Below, in pieces: positions 18,342 to 27,889 of a stretch of DNA of 64,000 nt. Each line of letters begins with the position of its first letter. The first letter of the stretch is position 1. The notes beneath the pieces are model-generated. The model made no database searches. It saw only the letters and a program-made list of their open reading frames with translations, and was not told where the DNA came from. Source of the DNA: an uncultured Gammaproteobacteria bacterium. GTDB lineage: Bacteria; Patescibacteriota; Microgenomatia; UBA8517; JACQJR01. Both the position numbers and the translations under genes were made by a program. The stretch is from NCBI GenBank assembly GCA_964442455.1, contig CAYTZB010000005.1, forward strand, positions 5,152 through 69,151, in the 5' to 3' direction.

Positions 18342-18848
18342 TTATGTAGTGCCTAGTCGCTCTTGTTCGCCCACATAATCAAAAACTTTTATTTCACCTT
18401 TCAGGGAAAAGATTATTCGATATTGTAGTTCTGGCCATTTTATTCTGTAGATTAAAAACTGTATCCTGTCTGCAGGCGAAGGAAGAGGGTCTTTGGAATC
18501 ATCCCAATGAGTATGGGCAAATGCTCTCTCTACCTCTAAATTATGAAATCTTTCTAGTATAGTGGTTACATCCCTTGCTAAAACACTTGTGCCTTCACCC
18601 TCAATTAATACGCTATGTTCCCCTACAGTAACTAATCCTAATTCTCGATGTTCCTGCAAACTTCTTACAAATAATGCAACCTCCTGGGTTGTAGGGGAGC
18701 TTATCGAGAGAATAGCGTAATTAATACAGATAGTCTCTCCAAGAGGAATCTGTGATAATAAACTCTCAAAAATATTTTTCTTGTAATCTCTATATGCTTC
18801 TTCTAACCCTGGAACAAAATAATATAGCGGTGCTCTTTCCTCTTTCAT
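18342..18848 (-). CDS. Hypothetical protein (possible JAB/MPN-like metal-binding fold)
   Basis: 168 aa. 'E...HTHWDDSKDPLPSPAD' loosely resembles a JAMM motif (E-x-n-HxH-x9-S-xx-D). Confidence 0.3.
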   Translation of the reverse strand: MKEERAPLYYFVPGLEEAYRDYKKNIFESLLSQIPLGETICINYAILSISSPTTQEVALFVRSLQEHRELGLVTVGEHSVLIEGEGTSVLARDVTTILERFHNLEVERAFAHTHWDDSKDPLPSPADRIQFLIYRIKWPELQYRIIFSLKGEIKVFDYVGEQERLGTT

Positions 18849-18946
18849 AATTAGTTGAAACTATACGTTGGATAATAACAAGCCCGAAGCTAGATATCAA
18901 ATTGTCGAAGAAAATCCTGTTTGAAAGACAAGACTAGAGATACTAC

Positions 18947-19360
18947 TCAGTCAATCTTAGTCAAATCTCCATCTAAAATAATAGGCTTCATTGCCTCAAT
19001 TTCAGTTTTGTAGTATGGAATATCGGGAATTGGATTAAGTAAAAAGATTTTTTGGTTTAGCACATGTGCAAATCCAATCTCTAGAAAAGTATTACCCCCT
19101 ATGTAATTTTTAATTCCGTGCTTATCAAAGTTAGCAACCAGAATTGCATCCGCACCTTGCATGAGTCTCCAAAATTCCCTTATTGCATCTTTATTCTGCT
19201 TTTGATGAATTTTGATCTTTTCTTTCTCGTTGTCATCTTTACCAATGAAAGGATCTGCAAGGTTTGTCATAAACGCGTCGTGCCCCATTGCAATAAGTTG
19301 ATCGCGGATTTCCATCATCCGCTCCGTAAATTGCATGCTACCAACTACACCTACCCTCAT
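18947..19360 (-). CDS. Nucleoside 2-deoxyribosyltransferase-like (PF05014-type) protein
   Basis: 137 aa. 'MRVGVVGS...ILVANFD...GGNTFLEIGFAH' matches the Rossmann-like NDT/YtoQ motif D/GGT-x-FE-x-G-x-A. Confidence 0.45.
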   Translation of the reverse strand: MRVGVVGSMQFTERMMEIRDQLIAMGHDAFMTNLADPFIGKDDNEKEKIKIHQKQNKDAIREFWRLMQGADAILVANFDKHGIKNYIGGNTFLEIGFAHVLNQKIFLLNPIPDIPYYKTEIEAMKPIILDGDLTKID

Positions 19361-19362
19361 AG

Positions 19363-20127
19363 TTAATACTTGCCCTTTAAATCATTCCACCTAATCCTTA
19401 GCATATCGCGAGTTGCATCAAGGGAATCTTTGACTAATTGTACTCGCTCTGTTCCTACATGATGCCATTCAACTGGAACTGAGGCAATTTTAAATCCCTT
19501 CTTACGAGCTATGAAAAGTGTCTCAACATCAAATCCTGCATGAACTGCTGCTCCTACCGTCTTCATTCTCTCCCACCTCTCTTTCATCTTGGGGAAGAGT
19601 GTCTCTCGTGACCGTCGATTAAAAGCTTTAAAACCACATTGCGTGTCTTTAAACGGTAATCCTAAAATAATGTTTCGTAGAATAGCAAATCCCAGTGCTA
19701 CAAGTTTTCTTATTAATGGAGCCCCCGCTCTTCCATGCCGCGAACCAATAACAATGTCATATCCCCGCCGGTCGGCGGGCAGGCCTCCTTCAAAATATGG
19801 GAAAAACTTTTCAACTTCAGAAAGTGGCGTTGCTTGATCCATATCGGTAAAAAGCGCTATCTCACCTTTAGCAGCCAATAAACCTGTCATTACCGCTAAT
19901 GCTTTCCCGCCGTGCTTATTTTCAATAAGCCCCCAATTCTTTTTTCCGTGAATCCACATTTTTACTAATTCCCTTGTATTGTCTGTTGATCCGTCATCAA
20001 CAACCAAAACTTCATACGAATAATCTACATTCTTTAAGTAATTTACAACCTCACTCAAAACCTCGTTTTTAAGATTTTGCTCCTCGTTATATGCCGGAAT
20101 AATAATTGATAAATATATTTTGGCCAT
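19363..20127 (-). CDS. GT2-family glycosyltransferase (DPM1/polyprenol-phosphate glycosyltransferase-like)
   Basis: 254 aa. 'LSIIIPAYNEEQNL...VLVVDDGSTDNT...TDMDQ' is the GT2 motif set. It contains a small GC-rich palindrome at 19764-19789. Confidence 0.75.
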   Translation of the reverse strand: MAKIYLSIIIPAYNEEQNLKNEVLSEVVNYLKNVDYSYEVLVVDDGSTDNTRELVKMWIHGKKNWGLIENKHGGKALAVMTGLLAAKGEIALFTDMDQATPLSEVEKFFPYFEGGLPADRRGYDIVIGSRHGRAGAPLIRKLVALGFAILRNIILGLPFKDTQCGFKAFNRRSRETLFPKMKERWERMKTVGAAVHAGFDVETLFIARKKGFKIASVPVEWHHVGTERVQLVKDSLDATRDMLRIRWNDLKGKY

Positions 20128-20167
20128 TTGGTTACTGGGTTACTGGGTTACTGGGTTACTGGGTAAC
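20128..20167. repeat. 8-bp tandem repeat TGGGTTAC x5 (3 perfect and 2 variant copies)
   Basis: Sequence is ttggttac tgggttac tgggttac tgggttac tgggtaac. It encodes the last 8 codons and the stop of 20140..21744, and lies 1-40 nt upstream of the ATG of GT2 19363..20127. Confidence 0.85.
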
Positions 20168-21744
20168 CTATGTCTCCTCTCTACCGTTATTCCTCCGAAC
20201 TTCACCTCTTTTTCAACTTTACCAATATTTTCCTGCCTCGCCAACCATGCGTCTAGCCTCTCGGGATGAGGTGGATCAACCTCATAGAGGGTATAGAGAA
20301 GTGGCACGTGCTCCTCTTTCGGCACTATCCCATATATTGTTGTTCCCCGCCACAAAAACAAATAATCGTAGGCATATGGGATTACCGGCGGGACATAAGA
20401 GTCAACATTAAAAGGAGTATTACCAGTATCTTCGTAAACCCAGTTAACTGCTTGTTTTTGGTTACCAAAAGCAATAGTATTTTGGCCGTCTACCCCTGAA
20501 GTTATATAACTTTGGATAACTGGAACATTAGTCTGCAAAAAAAGGTATAAAAAAATACCTAAAATAATTTTGCCAAACAAGGTATTGACAATAGTCGTTA
20601 ACAGAACAGAAAACAACAAAATAAAAATTAAATAGTATCCTGTAAAGTAATAGTCATAAATATTACCGTAATTACCCTGGAAGAAAAGCATTCCGGCAAG
20701 TGGGGAGAGGAAAATAATAAGTAATGTAACAAATTTCTGATTTGCAAAAAAAATCTTTCTGTTTATAATCAAAACTCCAAGTGAAATAATTCCAAATATA
20801 AATCCGTAATTTTTATAACTCATAAAAAGCTTTGAATTAAAAACATCAAAGTAAAAAAACAACCTTTGTCTGGCTACTTCCCAAAATGAACCCTTAAAAT
20901 TACCATCTCCAATTAAAAATTTAGCAATTCCAGATCTTAATATTCCATCATGGCGCAGGTCAAAAATTATTTGCGGTAAGAATGGAATAACCAAAGCAAT
21001 AACAAATAAAATCCAAATTTTCAAATCTGGCAAATTTTTCTTTTGCCCGCTTCGCGAGGCGAGCCAGATTGCAAAAACTAAAACAGCAGGAAAATAAAAA
21101 ACTTCAGCTGCTGAACCAAATTGCATTGCAAATCCTAGCATAAGTCCAGTAATAACCCATCCCCACCGTTTGCCTTTTATAATTAAAAATAAAGAAAGTA
21201 CAAGCAACATGCTAATAAGAAGCATTGGTGTTGGATTTGATAGCCAACGTGAGGCATAAACCAACTGAAAAGAAAATGTAGAAATTATAGCAGCAACAAG
21301 CCCTGTTAATCTTCCCGATACCATTACTCCGAGGATATAAATAAGTAAACTTGCAACAACGGTGGTAAAAGACAAGAATACTGATGGCCAAACTGGATTT
21401 CCGTTCCCTAATAAATAAAAAGGGGCAATCAACCAATAGTACCAAGGGCCGCGAAAAATTCCTTCTATTCCAGTTGTCGGCCCGATAAGGAAAAATTTAC
21501 CCTTATGCCACAAATCCCAAATGACAAGCGCATCTCTTCCTTGGTCATAATAAAACCCAAGGAGATTATCAATTCTCCAAACTCTCACCAAAAAAGCACC
21601 TAGAAGAATTATTGACAAAATTAGATATATTCTCGAGTGAGTCAATATCTCAGCTCTCAAACCGCTCAGCCATCGTCTCGTTCTTGTTACACTGTTATCC
21701 TGAAAGGACAAGCTCTGCTTACGTAGGGGTATAAGATTAGCCAT
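20140..21744 (-). CDS. GT-C/ArnT-like membrane glycosyltransferase (paralog of the 1..983 gene)
   Basis: 534 aa. 'YYDQGRDALVIWDLWHKGKFFLIGPTTGIEGIFRGPWYYWLIAPFY' matches the 1..983 product. The N-terminal 35 aa is uncertain: a degenerate copy of the intergenic repeat (aaaggacaagctctgcttacg) overlaps 21700-21725. Confidence 0.55.
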   Translation of the reverse strand: MANLIPLRKQSLSFQDNSVTRTRRWLSGLRAEILTHSRIYLILSIILLGAFLVRVWRIDNLLGFYYDQGRDALVIWDLWHKGKFFLIGPTTGIEGIFRGPWYYWLIAPFYLLGNGNPVWPSVFLSFTTVVASLLIYILGVMVSGRLTGLVAAIISTFSFQLVYASRWLSNPTPMLLISMLLVLSLFLIIKGKRWGWVITGLMLGFAMQFGSAAEVFYFPAVLVFAIWLASRSGQKKNLPDLKIWILFVIALVIPFLPQIIFDLRHDGILRSGIAKFLIGDGNFKGSFWEVARQRLFFYFDVFNSKLFMSYKNYGFIFGIISLGVLIINRKIFFANQKFVTLLIIFLSPLAGMLFFQGNYGNIYDYYFTGYYLIFILLFSVLLTTIVNTLFGKIILGIFLYLFLQTNVPVIQSYITSGVDGQNTIAFGNQKQAVNWVYEDTGNTPFNVDSYVPPVIPYAYDYLFLWRGTTIYGIVPKEEHVPLLYTLYEVDPPHPERLDAWLARQENIGKVEKEVKFGGITVERRHRLPSNPVTQ

Positions 21745-23942
21745 TATGGTTTCCCGCTTGGATTATGTACAAGTCTGTATAATTTTACCCCTGCCACGTC
21801 CCACTCTTTGTCAATCTTAGACCAACCAAAAACCGTAATTTCTGCCTTGGGATTATGTGTCGGGTCACACTTTTCTTGAGGTAACTCACATACAACAAAT
21901 AATTGCTCAGCAACTGTTTCCTCATATTTTAGAGGGTCTATATCTCTTACTGGTTCTTTCCACCACTCAAGGAAATACTGATAAGCATCTTCATAATTTC
22001 GCTCGGCCAAGACAGCCAAATTAAATGTTTGGCCTTTTGCTTCCTGCACAATCTTTGCTGCCACCTCTCCCGTCCTCTGAAGTTGCCTTTGGGGAGGATT
22101 CTTGATTGGTGTCATGGAAAGGTTAAGTAGTATCAAAAACACTAAAGCAGCGAACAGTAAAAAGTTTGTAATTTGTAATTTGTAATTTGTAATTTCTTGG
22201 GCTAACATGCCCAACAAAAAAAATGGTATCACAAACATAAATCCAAAATAGTGGTCGTAGATATTTTGTTTTAAAAGTGCCATACCGCTTAAACCGAACC
22301 CCACCCAAACAAGGAGGAGGAAAGAGGGTGACTGGAAGAATGTTTGGCGCTGTTTGGCTACAATCCAAAATGTACCTATAAGGGTAACCACGGCAATGAA
22401 TCTTCCCCACAATTCGTTCATTGCACCAACCAAACGTGTCATCTCTTGCTGGAACAATGGCCACAGTTCTGGAATTGCATTCCAAGGACGAGCAGAAACA
22501 GTGGCTTGCCGCTCGGTAAAGAAAATACGCATTGCCTCAAAATTGCGCCAACCATGGCGGGCATCGAAGATAACGAGAGGAGACATGAGTAGCGCAAAAA
22601 GCGCTGAGGCGATGAGAGTATAGAGGATGAATTTTCCATTTATTTTCGAATTTCTAATTTTTTGAAATGTCAGAAGCCAGAATAGTCCAATCGTTGGAGC
22701 AAGAAGTAGACCAAGATAATGAGACTGTAACACAAACGCATACGACACACCTAAAACTAAAAGCCACTTCCACTCGTGGTGTTTCCATACACGCCACACT
22801 GAATAAATAGACAAAAGAGCAAAAAAGGGCATGATATTAGGATTCCAAGAGGAGCGAGAATAGGTAATCACAACTGGTGAAACTGCATACAAACTTGCGG
22901 CAACAACCGCCGCTACTTTTCCAAACCACTCCCTGCTAACCCACCAAACAAATCCGGTAGTAGCGACTCCGAGAGCAGCAACTTGCGCTACGGGGCCAAC
23001 TGGGGAAAGACGAAAAAGAAAAAGTGCCGGTGCAATCAGGTAATAATAAAGGGGTCCCAGATACATATTGCCAATAGAGGTACCCGGGCCGACTAAAATA
23101 GGGTCGAAGTCAACGAGGAGACGCCGCACCACAATCGCATCCCTTCCTTCGTCTCCCAGAAAAGTCATATACTCTGATAATCGATAAAATCGAAGAAACG
23201 CACCAACGATTAAAATTGTGAGTAAGGCAAAAAATTCAAGTTTCGGCAAGAATTTCCACCAAATTTTAAAAAGATCGATGTAAGACTGTATTATTACTTT
23301 TATATTAGCTCCCGTAGGTCTGCCAGCAAGACGTGGATAATGGTTAACTCCCACCTCAACAACGTTAAACCCAAATTTTTTAGCCTTTACTGCAAGTTCT
23401 GCATTAATCATTCCTCCCCGTTTCGACTCAAGATGTGGAATCTGCTCGAGCACTCTTTTTTTAACCATCTTAAAGCCGCAATCAACATCCCGAAGTTTCA
23501 GTCCAAAAAGGGTAAATAAGGATAAAGCCCACCCTTTTGCAAAAAGAAGTCTAAAAAATGGGTCTTGCCTTTTAATCCTGTATCCAATAATCAAATCGGC
23601 GGTATCTAATTTTTCTATAAATTTTGAACTTTCTGAAAAATCAAATTGCCCATCAGAATCGGTATACGCAATTACATCGTAGCGGGCGTTATAAAATCCT
23701 GACTTTAAAGCCTCACCATAACCTAAGTTTTCCTTATGATTAATAACTCTAATCCTATCATCCTGTTTACTTAGTTCTCGTGCTATCTCACCTGTTTTAT
23801 CGGTTGAGCCATCATTAATAATAATGACTTCCCACTGTGCCGCAACTTTTTTAAGGACACCGATTGAGCTTTTTACTGTACGTTCTAAATTTGCTTCTTC
23901 GTTATAAGCAGGGAAGAAGACAGAGAGCGCGCTGATTTTCAT
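21744..23942 (-). CDS. Bifunctional fusion: N-terminal GT2 (DPM1-like) plus C-terminal GT-C/ArnT-like membrane domain
   Basis: 732 aa. The N-terminus 'FFPAYNEEANL...IIINDGSTDKT...TDSDGQ' is GT2. From about residue 230 the protein is polytopic, with 'FLGDEGRDAIVVRRL...GPLYYYLIAP' resembling the other GT-C paralogs. Confidence 0.7.
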   Translation of the reverse strand: MKISALSVFFPAYNEEANLERTVKSSIGVLKKVAAQWEVIIINDGSTDKTGEIARELSKQDDRIRVINHKENLGYGEALKSGFYNARYDVIAYTDSDGQFDFSESSKFIEKLDTADLIIGYRIKRQDPFFRLLFAKGWALSLFTLFGLKLRDVDCGFKMVKKRVLEQIPHLESKRGGMINAELAVKAKKFGFNVVEVGVNHYPRLAGRPTGANIKVIIQSYIDLFKIWWKFLPKLEFFALLTILIVGAFLRFYRLSEYMTFLGDEGRDAIVVRRLLVDFDPILVGPGTSIGNMYLGPLYYYLIAPALFLFRLSPVGPVAQVAALGVATTGFVWWVSREWFGKVAAVVAASLYAVSPVVITYSRSSWNPNIMPFFALLSIYSVWRVWKHHEWKWLLVLGVSYAFVLQSHYLGLLLAPTIGLFWLLTFQKIRNSKINGKFILYTLIASALFALLMSPLVIFDARHGWRNFEAMRIFFTERQATVSARPWNAIPELWPLFQQEMTRLVGAMNELWGRFIAVVTLIGTFWIVAKQRQTFFQSPSFLLLVWVGFGLSGMALLKQNIYDHYFGFMFVIPFFLLGMLAQEITNYKLQITNFLLFAALVFLILLNLSMTPIKNPPQRQLQRTGEVAAKIVQEAKGQTFNLAVLAERNYEDAYQYFLEWWKEPVRDIDPLKYEETVAEQLFVVCELPQEKCDPTHNPKAEITVFGWSKIDKEWDVAGVKLYRLVHNPSGKP
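22165..22192. repeat. Heptanucleotide tandem repeat TTTGTAA x4 inside the CDS of 21744..23942
   Basis: Four perfect copies. On the coding strand this reads (AAATTAC)n and encodes ...EITNYKLQITN.... The unit length is not a multiple of 3. Confidence 0.85.
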
Positions 23943-23969
23943 ATCAGTTTATGATACTATGAAAAAGGT

Positions 23970-25127
23970 ATGCGACTCAACGAAAGAGTACTCCATATTC
24001 TTATTATCGCAGCTGCCACCCTCATCCCTCCCATCCTTGTGTGGGCACCCTTTTTCATACGAATGCCTTCCTTTTGGGGAATAAAGCTACCTCAAGAGGG
24101 AATGGCAACGGTAATCGCTAACTTTGACGGCCCTTATTATATTGTGGTGGCAAAAACCCTCTATAACACTAATGCTTTAGGACAATTTGAATTTCCTCTT
24201 CCCAAAGAATATTATGCTGCTCATTTTCCGGCCTTTCCACTCCTCATTCGTGCATTCTCTCCTCTTTTTGGATATCCATGGGCAATGATGGTTGTAACAC
24301 TCCTCTCTTCTTTAGTGGCGCTCGTGCTGTTTTATCTACTCCTCCGACAGGTAGGACCCAAAACTCACGCACTATGGCTAACATTGGTATTTGCAATTTT
24401 CCCTGCTCGGTGGTTAATTGTCCGTTCAATCGGTTCTCCCGAACCCCTTTTCATAGCAGCAGTTCTGGCGACTTTTTATTTCCTCTTACGAGGAAATTAT
24501 TGGGCAACGGGTATCGCGGGTGCTATCGCAATGTTTACTAAATCTCCAGGGATTTTACTCTTTGCCGCACTCGCCGCCGCACTCGCCGCACCACACATTC
24601 ATAATCTTTTTATTCATCCAATGAGTACTTTTAGAAAGCTTTTACCCAAGGGTTTACCGCTTCTCTTTATTCCTGCCGCAGTTTTGCTGGTGTTTGCCTG
24701 GTATGCACGCGCGTATGGCGACTTTTTCGCATATTTTCATTCCGGGGACAATATCCATCTTCTCTTTCCCCCTTTCCAAGTATTCAATACTGCACAAGCC
24801 TGGGTTGGAACATTTTGGCTTGATGAAATAATCTGGATTTACCTTTTCGGATTTTTGGGAGTATTTCAATTAATTAAAAATAAGCTGTATCCATTTGCAT
24901 GGTTTGTGGGAATATTTTTCGCCTCAACCCTATTTGTCTCTCATAGAGATATCGCTCGTTATATCCTCCCAATTGTTCCATTTTTATTTATCGCTTTTTC
25001 TGACGTTCTCACCAGTCGCCCTTTCAGATGGGCACTTGCACTCCTTTTACTCCCCATTTATCTGTCCGCGCTCAATTTTATTATCGGAAATGTCACTCCA
25101 ATTGCCGACTGGAGACCACTGTTGTAA
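23970..25127 (+). CDS. Polytopic membrane protein, putative GT-C-type glycosyltransferase
   Basis: 385 aa, about 10 TM. Divergently transcribed from the GT2-GT-C fusion gene, with only 27 bp between the two start codons. Confidence 0.45.
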   Translation: MRLNERVLHILIIAAATLIPPILVWAPFFIRMPSFWGIKLPQEGMATVIANFDGPYYIVVAKTLYNTNALGQFEFPLPKEYYAAHFPAFPLLIRAFSPLFGYPWAMMVVTLLSSLVALVLFYLLLRQVGPKTHALWLTLVFAIFPARWLIVRSIGSPEPLFIAAVLATFYFLLRGNYWATGIAGAIAMFTKSPGILLFAALAAALAAPHIHNLFIHPMSTFRKLLPKGLPLLFIPAAVLLVFAWYARAYGDFFAYFHSGDNIHLLFPPFQVFNTAQAWVGTFWLDEIIWIYLFGFLGVFQLIKNKLYPFAWFVGIFFASTLFVSHRDIARYILPIVPFLFIAFSDVLTSRPFRWALALLLLPIYLSALNFIIGNVTPIADWRPLL

Positions 25128-25135
25128 AAACTCTA

Positions 25136-25732
25136 TTACACTTTCCTTGCGAGGAAATTAAGGTACGTATGTGTTCGTGGTTTGAATTGTTCAAAGTGAA
25201 TAATTTGAAAACTATACATGTTTAAGCGCCTTCTTAAATCTTCTCTATCGTATAAAACAAAGAGGCGTGGTTCCCCTCCTAAGGTATAACGAATTTCCTC
25301 TCCTTCCCCTTCAATCATCCCCAAACCCAACACTCCATTAGGAACAAGCACTCTCCATATTTCTCGCAACGCCTTATTCATATAAGACCTCTCAATATGA
25401 AGAAGAGACGTATAGGCCCATACTCCGTTAAAGGATTCGCTTGCAAATGGAAGATCCAGTAAGTCAGCTTGGACCGAAGGCAGTCCTTTTTCTGTAGTCC
25501 TTTGTACCATTCCTCTAGCTGCATCAAGACACACAATATCCAACCCCGTATTTCTCAAAATTAACCCATCCCTTCCCGAACCACTTCCAACATCCAATAT
25601 TCTTCCTCTTCCTCGTACACTTTCTCTGAATTTTCTAAATATGGTGTCGGGGAATTCATCCCAGAAACCTTCTGTCTCTTGCTCATATACTCTCGGGAAA
25701 TGATTGTATGTCTCGATAGTTTCTACGTGCAT
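25136..25732 (-). CDS. Class I SAM-dependent methyltransferase
   Basis: 198 aa. 'RILDVGSGSGRDGLIL' is the SAM-binding motif I. Confidence 0.7.
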   Translation of the reverse strand: MHVETIETYNHFPRVYEQETEGFWDEFPDTIFRKFRESVRGRGRILDVGSGSGRDGLILRNTGLDIVCLDAARGMVQRTTEKGLPSVQADLLDLPFASESFNGVWAYTSLLHIERSYMNKALREIWRVLVPNGVLGLGMIEGEGEEIRYTLGGEPRLFVLYDREDLRRRLNMYSFQIIHFEQFKPRTHTYLNFLARKV

Positions 25733-25769
25733 TCAAGTAGGATTATACCACTTTCCCAAGTACGAGGAA

Positions 25770-26978
25770 TTAGAATACATTTCGAAGCTTTGCATATACT
25801 TTTGCAAAACTCCATCGCTTCCAGATAAAGAGGTTATACATCGTGTAATTGTAGGGAATAATTAAGAATGCAACAGCAATAACAAGAAAAATTTGACGAA
25901 CAAATCGGGTATCCCCAAAGAAAATAACGCCTGTACCAATAACCAGAGATTGAATGACAATTGCCCCAAAGGAAGTGAGATTAAATTGAACAAACTTTTT
26001 TATATACCGAATAGGGCCTGATATCTGTACATCCTCGAAGGTCCAAAAATTATCAAGGTTGAAGTTTGAGAAAATAGCCAATTCTGCAGCTGCTGCAGCT
26101 GCCCAAAAAGAAGGTTCGGCAATTACGGCAAAAGAGGTTTCACGAGCTTGGACAAAAAATCCCGCTAACCCTTGAGTCCAGGGGAGCATACGGAAAACCT
26201 CAAGACCCACAGCGTTAATGACAAATCCTATTCCTCCAACAATTGCAAACTTGAGAAATCGAGTCCTCAGCCGCAACACAATAATAAACGTATCCAATGT
26301 TTCTTTTAATTTGAATTTTGATTGTTCTGCCCTCCTTGGCAAAAAGGCAATAGGAACTTCCTTAACTTTTGCACCCAATTTTAAAAGCTCGGAAAGAAGA
26401 TGAATTTTGTACGCATAACTTGCTTTTCCGAATAAACTATCAAGCGCGACCTTTGATAATACCGTTGTTTTCGTTAAACGAAATCCGGTAGTCAAATCGT
26501 GAACTTGGGGTAAGAAAAGAACTGTTCTGGCAAAAAGATTACCGCCAAACGAGAGGAATTTCCTGTAAAATGCCCACTCTTTCGGAACGGACCCGCCTTT
26601 TATATAGCGTGACCCAATGACCACATCAGCTTGCGGGGAAGCAGCGACTAAGCGCGGAACATCCGCAGGATTGTGTTGGAAATCTGCGTCCATTTCAATC
26701 ACTGCATCTGCCTTCATCTCGGCAATTGCGTATTTCATGCCGCGGATATAGGCAAAACCAAGACCTTGTTTTTCTCCAGTCATTAAGTGAAGATTTTTAT
26801 ATTTCTTCGTCGCTTCCTTCACCACTTCTCCTGTGCCGTCAGGAGAGTTATCATCAACTACAAGTAAATGCATTTCGTGGTCGGCAATCTTTGGAAACTC
26901 TTCCTCAAAAAGCACGTCAATCATCCGAGCAATATTCCCCCGTTCATTGTACGTTGGCATGATAATGACAATACGCAT
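25770..26978 (-). CDS. Polyprenol-phosphate mannosyl/glycosyl-transferase (DPM1-like GT2) fused to a C-terminal GtrA-like membrane domain
   Basis: 402 aa. '[16 protein letters not shown]...[12 protein letters not shown]...MDADFQHNP' matches Dpm1/PpmS-type synthases. The C-terminal roughly 130 aa has 4 TM (the GtrA-like fold). Confidence 0.75.
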   Translation of the reverse strand: MRIVIIMPTYNERGNIARMIDVLFEEEFPKIADHEMHLLVVDDNSPDGTGEVVKEATKKYKNLHLMTGEKQGLGFAYIRGMKYAIAEMKADAVIEMDADFQHNPADVPRLVAASPQADVVIGSRYIKGGSVPKEWAFYRKFLSFGGNLFARTVLFLPQVHDLTTGFRLTKTTVLSKVALDSLFGKASYAYKIHLLSELLKLGAKVKEVPIAFLPRRAEQSKFKLKETLDTFIIVLRLRTRFLKFAIVGGIGFVINAVGLEVFRMLPWTQGLAGFFVQARETSFAVIAEPSFWAAAAAAELAIFSNFNLDNFWTFEDVQISGPIRYIKKFVQFNLTSFGAIVIQSLVIGTGVIFFGDTRFVRQIFLVIAVAFLIIPYNYTMYNLFIWKRWSFAKVYAKLRNVF

Positions 26979-27131
26979 AATTTCACTTTATCAGACAGTA
27001 CTGATAAAATACAAGGGATGTACAATTTGCAAACAAATTTACATCCCGCAGGCCATCTAAAATCGCAGCACGAGGCGTGTATGAATAATACTGAAAAGCC
27101 TAGTGCTAAGATTGGGAGGCCAAGAGGTAGT

Positions 27132-27866
27132 ATGAAAATAGACATTATTACTTTGTTTCCAGATATGTTTCTGGGACCCTTTAATGAATCCATCCTTCGA
27201 CGGGCTCAGGATAAATCATTAGTGGAAATAAACATTCACAACCTTAGAAAGTGGGCAATTGACACACACCGGACTGTGGATGATAAACCATATGGCGGAG
27301 GAGTTGGAATGGTATTGATGGTAGAACCGATTCATCAAGCCCTACAGGCACTACGAACTACCAACTCCCAGCCACATACTATTTTACTTGATCCTGCTGG
27401 TATCCCTTTCAATCAAATAAAAGCACAAGAGTTGTCAAAATTAGACCATCTCATACTTATTGCCGGCCATTATGAAGGGGTGGACGAACGCGTCAAAGAA
27501 CATCTTGTGGATGAAGAATTATCAATTGGTGATTATGTTTTAACCGGTGGAGAGCTGCCTGCAATGGTAGTAGTTGATGCGGTAGTCAGACTCATACCCG
27601 GAGTTCTCGAAAAACCCGAAGCCACCCAATTTGAATCCTTCTCCCCAATCACTAATCACCCCGCCGAAGGCGAGGCTCGCCAAGGGCGGCAATCACTCAT
27701 CACTACCCTTGAATATCCCCAATATACTCGTCCTGAAAACTTTAAAGGATGGAAAGTTCCACAAATACTTTTATCGGGAAACCACAAGGAAATCGAAAAG
27801 TGGAGAAGTGAACACGCCCTTGAAAAAACAAAAAAAAGAAGACCAGATCTTTTAAAGAATTCTTAA
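27132..27866 (+). CDS. trmD: tRNA (guanine37-N1)-methyltransferase TrmD
   Basis: '[13 protein letters not shown]...[13 protein letters not shown]...[27 protein letters not shown]' is canonical TrmD. The ORF-track entry 26868..27866 has an 88-aa N-terminal extension. The ATG at 27132 has an AGAGG ribosome-binding site 6 nt upstream. Confidence 0.85.
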   Translation: MKIDIITLFPDMFLGPFNESILRRAQDKSLVEINIHNLRKWAIDTHRTVDDKPYGGGVGMVLMVEPIHQALQALRTTNSQPHTILLDPAGIPFNQIKAQELSKLDHLILIAGHYEGVDERVKEHLVDEELSIGDYVLTGGELPAMVVVDAVVRLIPGVLEKPEATQFESFSPITNHPAEGEARQGRQSLITTLEYPQYTRPENFKGWKVPQILLSGNHKEIEKWRSEHALEKTKKRRPDLLKNS

Positions 27867-27889
27867 CCTGAAAGGCCATAGTGGGTATT

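Noticed and set aside
26868-27131. 88-aa N-terminal extension on TrmD in the ORF track
   Set aside because: The extension has no TrmD homology. The ATG at 27132 has a good RBS, and the extension would run into the divergent promoter of the DPM1-like gene.
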